Position numbers and translations under genes: made by a program. The notes under the pieces are model-generated. The model was given only the letters and a program-made list of their open reading frames with translations, was not told the DNA's origin and ran no database searches. Shown piece by piece: positions 36,256 to 44,796 of a DNA stretch of 64,000 nt (its first letter is position 1; each line of letters starts with the position of its first letter). This DNA is from Pyrinomonadaceae bacterium (GTDB taxonomy: Bacteria; Acidobacteriota; Blastocatellia; Pyrinomonadales; Pyrinomonadaceae): assembly GCA_051002375.1 (NCBI GenBank), contig JBPCMK010000103.1, positions 1,756 through 65,755 on the forward strand, in the 5' to 3' direction.

Positions 36256-37734
36256 ATGCAAACTTCCGATCTGCGAAAAAAATTTTTATTCTTCATCGTC
36301 TTTGCCGTCATCGTTACGTTTTTGCTTATCGTCGTTTCATCTCCGTTCGTAGAAATTCCTTTGAAAGAATACATTTCAAAGTTTTTTGGAACGACCGATA
36401 ATCGAATGGGCGAAACCGCTGCGACGCTCTTTGATCAAATTTTTCGTATTATCAAAATCGTTCTCTGGATGAGTTTGATAATTTCGATTATTCGATTTCT
36501 CAACTATTTGATTTTCAACACGGCGTTTCGCGGAAACTCTCACGAAATTTCTTCGCTTCTGAGAAATGTTTTTTCGATAATTCTCTACATCGTTTCATTT
36601 TTCGTCATTTTCAATTCGCAATATCCGGGCATTGACCTCGCCGCTTTGTTCACGACTTCCACGATTTTGGGCGTGATAATCGGTCTCGCTTTGCAGGACA
36701 CTCTGGGAAATCTTTTTTCCGGTTTGGCGATTCAAGCCGACCAGCCGTTTCAAATCGGCGACGTTATTTCGCTTCAAACCAAAGGCGCGGGCATCGTCGA
36801 AAGCATTTCTTGGCGCGGCGTGAAGATTCGCACGTTTCAAAATAAGTTAATCGTCATCAGCAACAGCGTTCTCGGCAAAGAAGCGATTGAAGTCGCGCCG
36901 AAGGAAAATCTCAATGCGCGAATCGTTTTCTTCAACACGCTCTACGCAAGTTCGCCTGCCAAAACGATTCAAGTTATCCGCGAAACAGTCCGTCAAGTCG
37001 AAAATGTCTCACCGAAAATTCGCCCGATTGTGCGGATTCGGAATTTGGGCGACAACGGAATTGATTACGAAATAAAATACTGGCTCGAAGATTACTCGAA
37101 ATACAACGACACGGACGCGCTCATTCGCCAGCGAATTTGGTATGCGTTTCAGCGCGAGCATCTCGAATTCGCTTATCAAACGCGCACGATTCACGTCGAG
37201 ACGAAAACGCAGGAAGATGTTTTCGCCGAACCGAACAACGAGATTTTTGAACGCTTGAGCAGCGTGGCGATTTTCGCGCCGCTCTCGGACGAAGAAACGC
37301 AAAAACTCGCTGCGGCTTCCAGAGTAAGGGTTTTCGCGCCCGACGAATCAATCGTGCGGCAAGGTCAGAAAGGCAGTTCGATGTTCGTCATTCATCGCGG
37401 CGCGGTCAAAGTGCAGGTCAAAGAAGAAGGCATTATCAAACCTCTGCGAAATTTGCGCGAAGGCGATTTTTTCGGCGAAATGGGACTACTCACCGGACAG
37501 CCGCGCACCGCGACCGTCATCGCCGAAGAGGAAACCGAAGTTTTGGAAATCAATAATTTATGTCTGAAACCGATTCTCGAAGAAAACCCCGAACTCGTCG
37601 AAAGTTTGGGTAAAATAATCGAAGAACGCCGTGCCGCTTTGGACAAACTCGAAGCCGAAACGAAATCTCGCGCGACAGTTGATAAAATAAGCGTCTTCGA
37701 TTCGATTAAAAAATTCTTCGGTTTGAACGAATAA
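36256..37734 (+). CDS. MscS-family mechanosensitive channel fused to a cyclic-nucleotide-binding domain
   Basis: MscS core GLALQDTLGNLFSGLAIQADQPFQIGDVI. C-terminal cNMP domain RQGQKGSSMFVIHRGAVKV...GDFFGEMGLLTGQPRTATV. ATG 36256 preferred over GTG 36211. Confidence 0.85.
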   Translation: MQTSDLRKKFLFFIVFAVIVTFLLIVVSSPFVEIPLKEYISKFFGTTDNRMGETAATLFDQIFRIIKIVLWMSLIISIIRFLNYLIFNTAFRGNSHEISSLLRNVFSIILYIVSFFVIFNSQYPGIDLAALFTTSTILGVIIGLALQDTLGNLFSGLAIQADQPFQIGDVISLQTKGAGIVESISWRGVKIRTFQNKLIVISNSVLGKEAIEVAPKENLNARIVFFNTLYASSPAKTIQVIRETVRQVENVSPKIRPIVRIRNLGDNGIDYEIKYWLEDYSKYNDTDALIRQRIWYAFQREHLEFAYQTRTIHVETKTQEDVFAEPNNEIFERLSSVAIFAPLSDEETQKLAAASRVRVFAPDESIVRQGQKGSSMFVIHRGAVKVQVKEEGIIKPLRNLREGDFFGEMGLLTGQPRTATVIAEEETEVLEINNLCLKPILEENPELVESLGKIIEERRAALDKLEAETKSRATVDKISVFDSIKKFFGLNE

Positions 37735-37761
37735 TTAAATTGGGGCTTCAGTTTCAGACAA

Positions 37762-37795
37762 TAAAAATCGTGAGCCGAATTTCTCCAGCTCACGA
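37762..37795 (-). terminator. intrinsic terminator of the TonB-like gene
   Basis: tcgtgagc (37768-37775) pairs with gctcacga (37788-37795). On the minus strand it is followed by tttttattg. Confidence 0.6.
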
Positions 37796-37819
37796 CTTTC
37801 AAAAACATTCGTCTCAATT

Positions 37820-39229
37820 TTAATAAATAGTAAAGCTGTATTGAACCTGCTTTGTTACCGCGTATGGCACGCCGTTCTTTTTCGCGGGTTCAAACCTGAT
37901 TCCGCGCGCCGCCGCGATTGCCTGCTCGGTTAAGCCGTAGGGCAAACCGCTGACCGGAGCGATGCCTCCGATTTGTCCCGAAGGTAAAAATGTAACGCGC
38001 AAAGTTACCGTTCCTTGAACTTGATTTTGCCGCGCCGCGTCGGTGTAATTCGCTCTTGGCTTGGCAAGAATTTTCACGGCTTCCGTTACGCCGACCGGAG
38101 CGGTCGGCGGCGGCGGCGGCGTTTTTCCGTTGCCGTTACCTGTCCCGTTTCCATTTCCGTTGCCGTTGCCGTTGCCGCTGCCCGAACCGTTGCCGTTGCC
38201 TTCGCCGGTGCCGTTTCCGCCGCCAATTCCCGTTCCGTTGCCTCTACCGATTCCGCCGCCCGAACCAGAACCGCTCGATAAAGTGTCCGACTGCAAACCA
38301 CTCGGCAAACCGACCGGCTCGCTCGTTCTTTCGCGTTTGATTTTGCCCTGCGTTTCGTTCGGGTTCGGAAGCGAAGCGTTTGTTACCTGCGGAAGCGGCT
38401 GCGGCGGCATAATCGGTTTGTCAACCTGATTTGGCAATCTGCCTTTCGATACCTCTTGCGGATTATTTTTTCCGCCGCCGCCGCCGCCGCCGCCATTATC
38501 CTTTTCCTTTTTCGGCTGTTTTTCCTCTTCGATAGCAATCGGATCAACTTCCGCGACGTAAAGCGGGCTGTCCTGATCAATCGAATTAACGTAAAGATTA
38601 TGCGTAAAAAGATTATAGACAACGCCGCCGACCGCCAGCGAAGTCATTAAAATCAAAGTACCGAGAAGAATAATATTGCGTTGCTGAACGCCTTTTTCCT
38701 CGATAACGGTGATGCGGTAATCGCCCTCCGGCGCGGCATCGCCGGTCGGATAATTATAAGCTGTCGTTTGATACGGATTGTTAAAATTACTCACGGTCGC
38801 GCCCGCGCCCGCCGCAAAAGTTTTCGTCGCCGGCGCGGTTTCTTCAAACGGAATATCTTCCGTCGCGTCATTTACTTCGTGAATATTAGTTAATTGCGCT
38901 TGGTCATCATCGGTGAAAATTTCCGTCTCGACGACCTCTGGTTCGGCGACATCGGCAACTTTCGCTTCGATGACCGGCGGCGTTTCAATCGTCGGCGAAA
39001 TCATCGCTGCGACGGGCGCGGCGATTGTCGGAATTTCCAAAATATCGTCCGCTTTCGACGCTTCGATATTCGCATCTGCGGTTTCGGGTTTGTTCGCCGA
39101 TGTTTCGATTTCGTTTTTGACCGGATTCATCTCGAACGCCGTCATCTCTTGCCCGCAAGTCGGACAATAGCCGAATTTTTCGGCAAAACTTTCGTCGCAG
39201 ACGGCACAGTATTTAACTATTTTTCCCAT
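37820..39229 (-). CDS. TonB C-terminal-domain protein with N-terminal zinc ribbon and Gly/Asn-rich spacer
   Basis: YCAVCDESFAEKFGYCPTCG, a TM helix ILLGTLILMTSLAVGGVVY, a G8 run, a (GNG)n tract, PPPPP, then a TonB_C-like ARQNQVQGTVTLRVTFLPSGQIG...GIRFEPAKKNGVPYAV. Confidence 0.8.
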   Translation of the reverse strand: MGKIVKYCAVCDESFAEKFGYCPTCGQEMTAFEMNPVKNEIETSANKPETADANIEASKADDILEIPTIAAPVAAMISPTIETPPVIEAKVADVAEPEVVETEIFTDDDQAQLTNIHEVNDATEDIPFEETAPATKTFAAGAGATVSNFNNPYQTTAYNYPTGDAAPEGDYRITVIEEKGVQQRNIILLGTLILMTSLAVGGVVYNLFTHNLYVNSIDQDSPLYVAEVDPIAIEEEKQPKKEKDNGGGGGGGGKNNPQEVSKGRLPNQVDKPIMPPQPLPQVTNASLPNPNETQGKIKRERTSEPVGLPSGLQSDTLSSGSGSGGGIGRGNGTGIGGGNGTGEGNGNGSGSGNGNGNGNGNGTGNGNGKTPPPPPTAPVGVTEAVKILAKPRANYTDAARQNQVQGTVTLRVTFLPSGQIGGIAPVSGLPYGLTEQAIAAARGIRFEPAKKNGVPYAVTKQVQYSFTIY

Positions 39230-39595
39230 CTTTTCAACCTCTCAAATCTTCTTACTTTACTTTTGAAAAAGAATTCAAAATTGCTTCTTTAATTATAACA
39301 ATTATAACGCGATTTTTGCAGATGTTAAGTTTTTCGGGAAATTTTATACTTAACACTTTTGCAGGATACAACACAGATAGATGCGATTGCCGTTTGACGC
39401 GATGCCTGCGGGAATCTAAAATTTTCATTCGCGGCGGAAACCGAAAATGGCGCGGAGCTGCGGCAAAATCGAATTTTCAGTCGTGTGTTTTCTCTGTCCG
39501 ACTTGTTCGGTTTCTACGCGGCGGGCGTTCGTTTTTCGATGCCAACGAAAAATGTTCGCGCCGCAACTAACGATTAATCGTATCACGAGTTAAAA

Positions 39596-40873
39596 ATGAT
39601 GAATACTAAAAATTATTCGGTGAAATTCGCGCTGTTTTTTTTGATTTTATTAACCGGCGTTTCTTTTGCGGCGGCGCAGATTGTCAAGTCTTCCCAACCG
39701 CGACAGGAAAAACTTCTCAACGGTCTGAAAGTGCTGCTGTGGAATGAACCGACGGCTGATAAAGTTACGGTCAAACTTCGCATCAACAGCGGCGCGGCGT
39801 TCGACACGCTCGACAAAGAAGGCACGATGGCTCTGCTCGGCGACATTCTTTTCCCGGACGAATCCGCCAAGGAATTTTTCCGGGAAGATTTAGGCGGCAG
39901 TCTCGTGGTCGAAACCAATTACGATTACATTCAAATCAACGCGACCGGCGATGCCGACCAAGTTGTAACGATTTTAGAGACGATTGCCAAAGCCGTTACC
40001 AAACCGACGATTGATAAGGAAACAACGGCAAAGGTTCGCGCCGCGCGGCTCGAAAAAATAAAAGAACTCGAAAAAAACCCGTCGTATCTCGCCGACCAAA
40101 TAGTCGCCAAACGCTTGTTCGGCGATTATCCGTATGGCAAAAGCGCGGAAGGAACGAGCGCGTCTTTACAGAAAATTGACTTTGCCGATTTGCTTCTCGC
40201 CAAGCAAAGATTTTTGACCGCCGACAACGCGACGCTCGCCGTTTCCGGCAGTGCCAAACCAGATTACGTCTATAAAGCCGTGCGCCAGCTTTTCGGCGGT
40301 TGGGAAAAAGCCGACAAAAAAATTCCCGCCACATTCGCCGAACCCGCCGCGCCGGACACGAAATTTTTTCTGATTAAAACCGAGATTAACAACGCCAGCG
40401 AACTCAGATTCGCTTTTCGCGGAATGGCGCGAAGCGACAAGGATGTTTACGCCGCGCAGATTGCCGCGCGGGTTTTGCAAAACCGTCTGCAAAAAAAAGA
40501 CGGCGACAAAGTTTCCCTCCGGCAGAATTCGTATTTTCTTCCGGGTTTAATCGTCGTAAAATTTTCTGATTGGGACAAAAGCTCGCTTAAAATCGCCGGC
40601 GCGGACGTTTCGCTGCCCGAAAATTTTCTCGATTATGTCGAAGATTTGCTCAGACCGAATATCACCGCCGACGAATACGAAACGGCGAAAAGCGAAATTA
40701 CAAAAGACTCGAATAATCAAAACCAAATTGATTCGCGGCTCGACGCGGATACATTTCGTCTAGCCGCCAAAACCGACGCGCAGACGACTTCGCTCGCCGA
40801 CGCACAGCGAGTTCTCGAACGCTGGCGCAAGGAAGCGGTCGTCAGAACGCTTCTAATCAAAACCGACGCTTAA
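39596..40873 (+). CDS. M16 (pitrilysin) family protein, non-catalytic
   Basis: Signal peptide. LLNGLKVLLWNEPTADKVTVKLRINSGAAFD has M16 fold-like order. The translation contains no histidine, so no HxxEH site. Confidence 0.7.
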   Translation: MMNTKNYSVKFALFFLILLTGVSFAAAQIVKSSQPRQEKLLNGLKVLLWNEPTADKVTVKLRINSGAAFDTLDKEGTMALLGDILFPDESAKEFFREDLGGSLVVETNYDYIQINATGDADQVVTILETIAKAVTKPTIDKETTAKVRAARLEKIKELEKNPSYLADQIVAKRLFGDYPYGKSAEGTSASLQKIDFADLLLAKQRFLTADNATLAVSGSAKPDYVYKAVRQLFGGWEKADKKIPATFAEPAAPDTKFFLIKTEINNASELRFAFRGMARSDKDVYAAQIAARVLQNRLQKKDGDKVSLRQNSYFLPGLIVVKFSDWDKSSLKIAGADVSLPENFLDYVEDLLRPNITADEYETAKSEITKDSNNQNQIDSRLDADTFRLAAKTDAQTTSLADAQRVLERWRKEAVVRTLLIKTDA

Positions 40874-40897
40874 CTCGTTCAATTTCTCGCTCTTTTT

Positions 40898-41623
40898 ATG
40901 ATTGAAAAACAAACCGCCGACGAACTGAAACACGCCCGCGCCGTGCGCGAGATGTTCGCGGGCATCGCCGGTAAATACGATTTTCTCAATCATTTTCTTT
41001 CCGTAAATATTGACAAACGATGGCGCAAACTCGTTTCCAAAAAATTAAAAGACGTTTTGGAAAGTTCCGACGCGCTCGTTTTAGATGTCGCCTGCGGCAC
41101 GGGCGATTTGTCTGTGGAACTGCAAAAAAACGCGAAGGCGAAAGTTTTCGGCACGGATTTTTGCCGCCCGATGCTCGACATCGCGTTTGATAAAAACGAA
41201 AAAACCGATTTGAAAATTCCATACATCGAAGCCGACGGAATGAATTTGTCTTTCGCCGACGCGTCATTCGACGCGGTAACAATCGCGTTCGGCTTGCGAA
41301 ATTTTTCTAATTGGCAAAACGGCTTAATCGAGTTTCAACGCATTTTGAAACGCGGCGGAAAGCTCGTCGTTTTAGAATTTTCCGCGCCGGTTCTGCCCGG
41401 TTTTCGGCAATTATTTCAATTTTATTTTTCGACGATTTTGCCCAGAATCGGCGGCGCGTTCAGCGGCTCGCGCGGCGCATACCAATATCTCCCGAATTCG
41501 GTTTCGCGCTTTCCCGACCAAAAAAATCTGGCAAAGATGATGCGCGAAACGGGCTTTTCCGATGTAGAATATAAAAACTTGACGGGCGGTATCGCCGCGA
41601 TTCATACAGGAGTAAAATTATGA
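40898..41623 (+). CDS. ubiE: demethylmenaquinone / ubiquinone biosynthesis C-methyltransferase
   Basis: VREMFAGIAGKYDFLNHFLSVNIDKRWRK, VLDVACGTGDL, FGLRNFSNW and YLPNSVSRFP are UbiE/MenG signatures. Confidence 0.92.
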   Translation: MIEKQTADELKHARAVREMFAGIAGKYDFLNHFLSVNIDKRWRKLVSKKLKDVLESSDALVLDVACGTGDLSVELQKNAKAKVFGTDFCRPMLDIAFDKNEKTDLKIPYIEADGMNLSFADASFDAVTIAFGLRNFSNWQNGLIEFQRILKRGGKLVVLEFSAPVLPGFRQLFQFYFSTILPRIGGAFSGSRGAYQYLPNSVSRFPDQKNLAKMMRETGFSDVEYKNLTGGIAAIHTGVKL

Positions 41624-41883
41624 GTGTTACAATAAATATCTCGGAGAAAACTTATAAATCATTTGAGCAGCAAGCGCGAAAACGCGAGATTGAGAGCGTC
41701 GAGGGTTTTCTCGAAAAACTGTCCGAACAATTTGAAACGGAAGAAGCCGAGGCGCGGGAAAAAGAATTGGAACAGCGGCGCGAAGTCGGAAAAGAAATCA
41801 GAGAGTTTCAAAAAAGAATGAAGGAAAAATACGGCGTGATGCCCGACAGCACGCCGCTTCTGAGAGAGGATAGAATGCGCTGA
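41620..41883 (+). CDS. antitoxin of a VapBC-type pair
   Basis: 87 aa, charged. Start overlaps the ubiE stop (ATGA) and its stop overlaps the PIN gene start. Confidence 0.65.
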   Translation: MSVTINISEKTYKSFEQQARKREIESVEGFLEKLSEQFETEEAEAREKELEQRREVGKEIREFQKRMKEKYGVMPDSTPLLREDRMR

Positions 41884-42311
41884 TGGAAAAGCTAGTGGTT
41901 GACAGCGGTATCGCCGTGAAGTGGTTTGCTTCGGAAGAAGATTCGGCGCAAGCCCTTTTAATTTATGACGAATTCGAGCGAGAAAACGTCGAGCTTCTCG
42001 CGCCCGATTTAATATACGCCGAATACGGCAACATTATTTGGAAGAAACAAATTTTTCAAGGACTCGAACAAGCGGATGCCAAAATTGCAATAAGAGAAAT
42101 TAAGAAAGTTTCGTTTGTGATAACGCCGACGATACTTTTATTTGACGAAGCTCTCCAAATTGCCGTTAAATACAAACGCACGTTTTATGATTCGCTTTAT
42201 CTCGCTTTGAGCGTCAAGGAAAACTGCGAGTTCGTAACGGCGGACGAAAAGTTTTACAACGCCGTTCGACAAGATTTTCCGAAAATGACTTTGCTGGTAA
42301 ATTGGCGTTAA
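41883..42311 (+). CDS. vapC: PIN-domain toxin (VapC family)
   Basis: LVVDSGIAVKWF (first Asp), LLAPDLIYAEYGN (Glu), YDSLYLALS (Asp) and FVTADEKF (Asp). Confidence 0.85.
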   Translation: MEKLVVDSGIAVKWFASEEDSAQALLIYDEFERENVELLAPDLIYAEYGNIIWKKQIFQGLEQADAKIAIREIKKVSFVITPTILLFDEALQIAVKYKRTFYDSLYLALSVKENCEFVTADEKFYNAVRQDFPKMTLLVNWR

Positions 42312-43292
42312 ATGAAATACAAATTTTTAAATTTCCTGAAACAAATCGGCTTGCTGTTGTTCGTCGTTTGGACGGTCGTATCCTTAGTTACGCTTTTAAT
42401 AGAATTAGTTCCGGGCGATCCGGCGACAGCCATTTTGGGCGACCAAGCGACGACCGAGCAAATCGAAAATTTCAACCGGAAACACGGACTCGATAAACCG
42501 GCGTTTTTCTTTTCCTACAATTCTGAAAAAGGTTTTATATGGCACGGCGCGGACAATCGTTACGTTGATTATTGGACGGGACTTCTGCACGGCGATTTGG
42601 GAACTTCGTTCCGCACGGACGAGCCGGTTTTAAATATGATTGCGGCGCGTTATCCGGCGACGATAAAGCTCGCGCTCGCCGCGCTACTGATTGCCGTCGG
42701 CATTGCGATTCCGCTCGGCGTTCTTGCCGGCACGAATAAAAATTCTTTAATTGATAATTTCGCATCTTTCATCGCGCTGTTGGGAATCAGTTTGCCGACC
42801 TTTGTCATCGGACCGTTTTTGGTTTATCTGTTCGCCGTCAAACTCGGCTGGTTTTCGCCGACCGGCAGCGCAAATCCCGAAGACATCGTTCTGCCTGCCG
42901 TAACTTTGGGCGCGGCGTTGTCGGCGATTTTAACGAGAATGGTGCGCTCGTCAGTGATTGAAGAACTTGGCGAAGATTACGTTCGCACGGCGCGGGCGAA
43001 AGGTTTGTCGGAAAGAAAAGTCGTCTATAAGCACGTTTTGAAAAACGGCTTGATTCCGGTCGTTACGATTCTCGGTTTGCAGCTCGGAGTTTTGCTGGCG
43101 GGCGCGATTATCACCGAAAAAATTTTCAACTGGCAAGGTTTGGGTTTGCTGCTTTTAGACGACGGCATTAGCAAACGCGATTATCGTCTCGTGCAAGGCT
43201 GCGTTCTCGTGATTTCGGTAACGTACATTTTAGCGAACTCGCTAACCGATTTTGTTTATAGACGGTTAGACCCGCGAATTAGATTATCTTGA
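42312..43292 (+). CDS. ABC transporter permease, DppB/OppB family
   Basis: 326 aa. LVPGDPA, the EAA-like block EDYVRTARAKGLSERKVVYKHVLKN, and 6 TM segments. Confidence 0.9.
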   Translation: MKYKFLNFLKQIGLLLFVVWTVVSLVTLLIELVPGDPATAILGDQATTEQIENFNRKHGLDKPAFFFSYNSEKGFIWHGADNRYVDYWTGLLHGDLGTSFRTDEPVLNMIAARYPATIKLALAALLIAVGIAIPLGVLAGTNKNSLIDNFASFIALLGISLPTFVIGPFLVYLFAVKLGWFSPTGSANPEDIVLPAVTLGAALSAILTRMVRSSVIEELGEDYVRTARAKGLSERKVVYKHVLKNGLIPVVTILGLQLGVLLAGAIITEKIFNWQGLGLLLLDDGISKRDYRLVQGCVLVISVTYILANSLTDFVYRRLDPRIRLS

Positions 43293-44104
43293 ATCGTCTA
43301 ACATACATCGGACTCGCCGTCGCCGCCGTTTTTATTTTGACGGCGATTTTCGCGCCGTTCATCGCCACGCACAATACGACCGCGCAAGATTTGATGATGC
43401 GCTATGCGCCGATGTCGGCGGAGCATTGGTTCGGTACGGACGCGCTCGGACGCGATGTTTTTTCGCGCGTCGTTTTCGGCGCGAGAATTTCGCTCGAAGT
43501 CGGAATAACGGTTGTCGTCGTTTCTTCGATTATCGGAATATTGCTCGGCGCGGTCGCCGGTTTTTACGGCGGCTTTCTGGATAAATTTTTGTCCGGTTAC
43601 GTCTTCAATGTCTTTCTCGCGTTTCCCGGACTTCTTTTAGCGATTGCGCTCGTCGCTTTTCTCGGCGCGGGTTTGGGCAAGTTGATTTTAGCTTTGTGCG
43701 TTATCGGATGGGTCGGTTATGCCCGTGTGATGCGCGGGCAGGTTTTGAAAGTCCGCGAGTATGATTTCGTGCTTGCCGCCCGCGCTTTGGGAGCGAGCGA
43801 TTCGCGGATTTTATTTACACATATTTTGCCGAATGCGATTCAGCCTTTAATCGTCCAAGCGTCTTTGGGAATGGCGGGCGCGGTTTTGTCCGAAGCGTCT
43901 TTGTCGTTTTTAGGTTTGGGCATTCCGCCGCCCGCGCCTTCGTGGGGAACGATGATTGAAGAAGGGCGCGGTTTCGATATTTTGTATAACGCGCCGCACG
44001 TTTTACTGTTTCCCGCGCTGGCGATTGCGCTGACGGTTCTGGCGTTTAATTTTATCGGCGACGGTCTGCGGGAATATCTCGACCCGAAACAAAGAAAAAG
44101 GTAA
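43289..44104 (+). CDS. ABC transporter permease, DppC/OppC family
   Basis: 271 aa. HWFGTDALGRDVFSRVVFGARISL and EYDFVLAARALGASDSRILFTHILPN. TTG start overlapping the upstream stop. Confidence 0.9.
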   Translation: MNRLTYIGLAVAAVFILTAIFAPFIATHNTTAQDLMMRYAPMSAEHWFGTDALGRDVFSRVVFGARISLEVGITVVVVSSIIGILLGAVAGFYGGFLDKFLSGYVFNVFLAFPGLLLAIALVAFLGAGLGKLILALCVIGWVGYARVMRGQVLKVREYDFVLAARALGASDSRILFTHILPNAIQPLIVQASLGMAGAVLSEASLSFLGLGIPPPAPSWGTMIEEGRGFDILYNAPHVLLFPALAIALTVLAFNFIGDGLREYLDPKQRKR

Positions 44105-44112
44105 AAATTAAA

Positions 44113-44793
44113 ATGCGCTGCAAAATGTTCCCGCTCGGCGACCGCGCTTTGACAATCGAATTCGGCAATGAAATTTCCGTCGAGTTAAATAATTACGTCT
44201 TAAAGCTCGCCGATTATTTTGAAAAAAACCCTTTCGCCGGTTTGATTGAAATTGTTCCCGCCTACGCTTCGCTCACCTTTTTTTACGACGTTCTTTTAAT
44301 CCGAAAAAAATTTTCCCGATTCCCGACGGCGTTCGATGCGGTGAAATATCTGGCGGAAACGGCTTTGCAAAACACGCACGATTTGGAAAAAACCGATTCG
44401 CGTTTAATCGAAATTCCCATCTGTTTCGACAAAGAATTCGCGCTCGATTTGGAATCTCTCGCGGCGAAAAAAAATCTGACGCGCGAGAAATTCATCGAAA
44501 TTTTTCTCGGTGAAACTTATCGCGTTTATATGCTCGGATTTCTGCCCGGCTTTGCATATATGGGCGAAGTCGCCGGAGAAATCGCCGTTCCGCGCAAACC
44601 TTCGCCGCGCTTAAAAGTTCCGGCAGGAAGCGTCGGAATTGCCGGACAGCAGACGGGAATTTACTCTTTAGATTCGCCCGGCGGCTGGCAGATTATCGGC
44701 AAAACGAACGTCGAACTTTTCACGCCCGAAGCCGCGTCGCCCGCCTTTCTGCAAGCGGGCGACGCGGTGAAATTTTACGCGGCGGAATTTTAA
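44113..44793 (+). CDS. pxpB: 5-oxoprolinase subunit B / KipI family
   Basis: FPLGDRALTIEFGNEIS...EIVPAYASLTFFYD...YRVYMLGFLPGFAYMG...PRLKVPAGSVGIAGQQTGIY. Confidence 0.85.
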   Translation: MRCKMFPLGDRALTIEFGNEISVELNNYVLKLADYFEKNPFAGLIEIVPAYASLTFFYDVLLIRKKFSRFPTAFDAVKYLAETALQNTHDLEKTDSRLIEIPICFDKEFALDLESLAAKKNLTREKFIEIFLGETYRVYMLGFLPGFAYMGEVAGEIAVPRKPSPRLKVPAGSVGIAGQQTGIYSLDSPGGWQIIGKTNVELFTPEAASPAFLQAGDAVKFYAAEF

Positions 44794-44796
44794 TTT

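Noticed and set aside
38061-38429. 122-aa plus-strand ORF with PLPLPVPFPFPLPLP repeats (plus overlapping ORFs at 38015-38340)
   Set aside because: It is the reverse complement of the (GNG)n-coding repeat of the TonB-like gene. The repeat keeps all frames open.
39316-39570. 84-aa plus-strand ORF in the divergent intergenic region between the TonB-like and M16 genes
   Set aside because: Arg/Cys-rich translation with no start context. More likely a promoter region.
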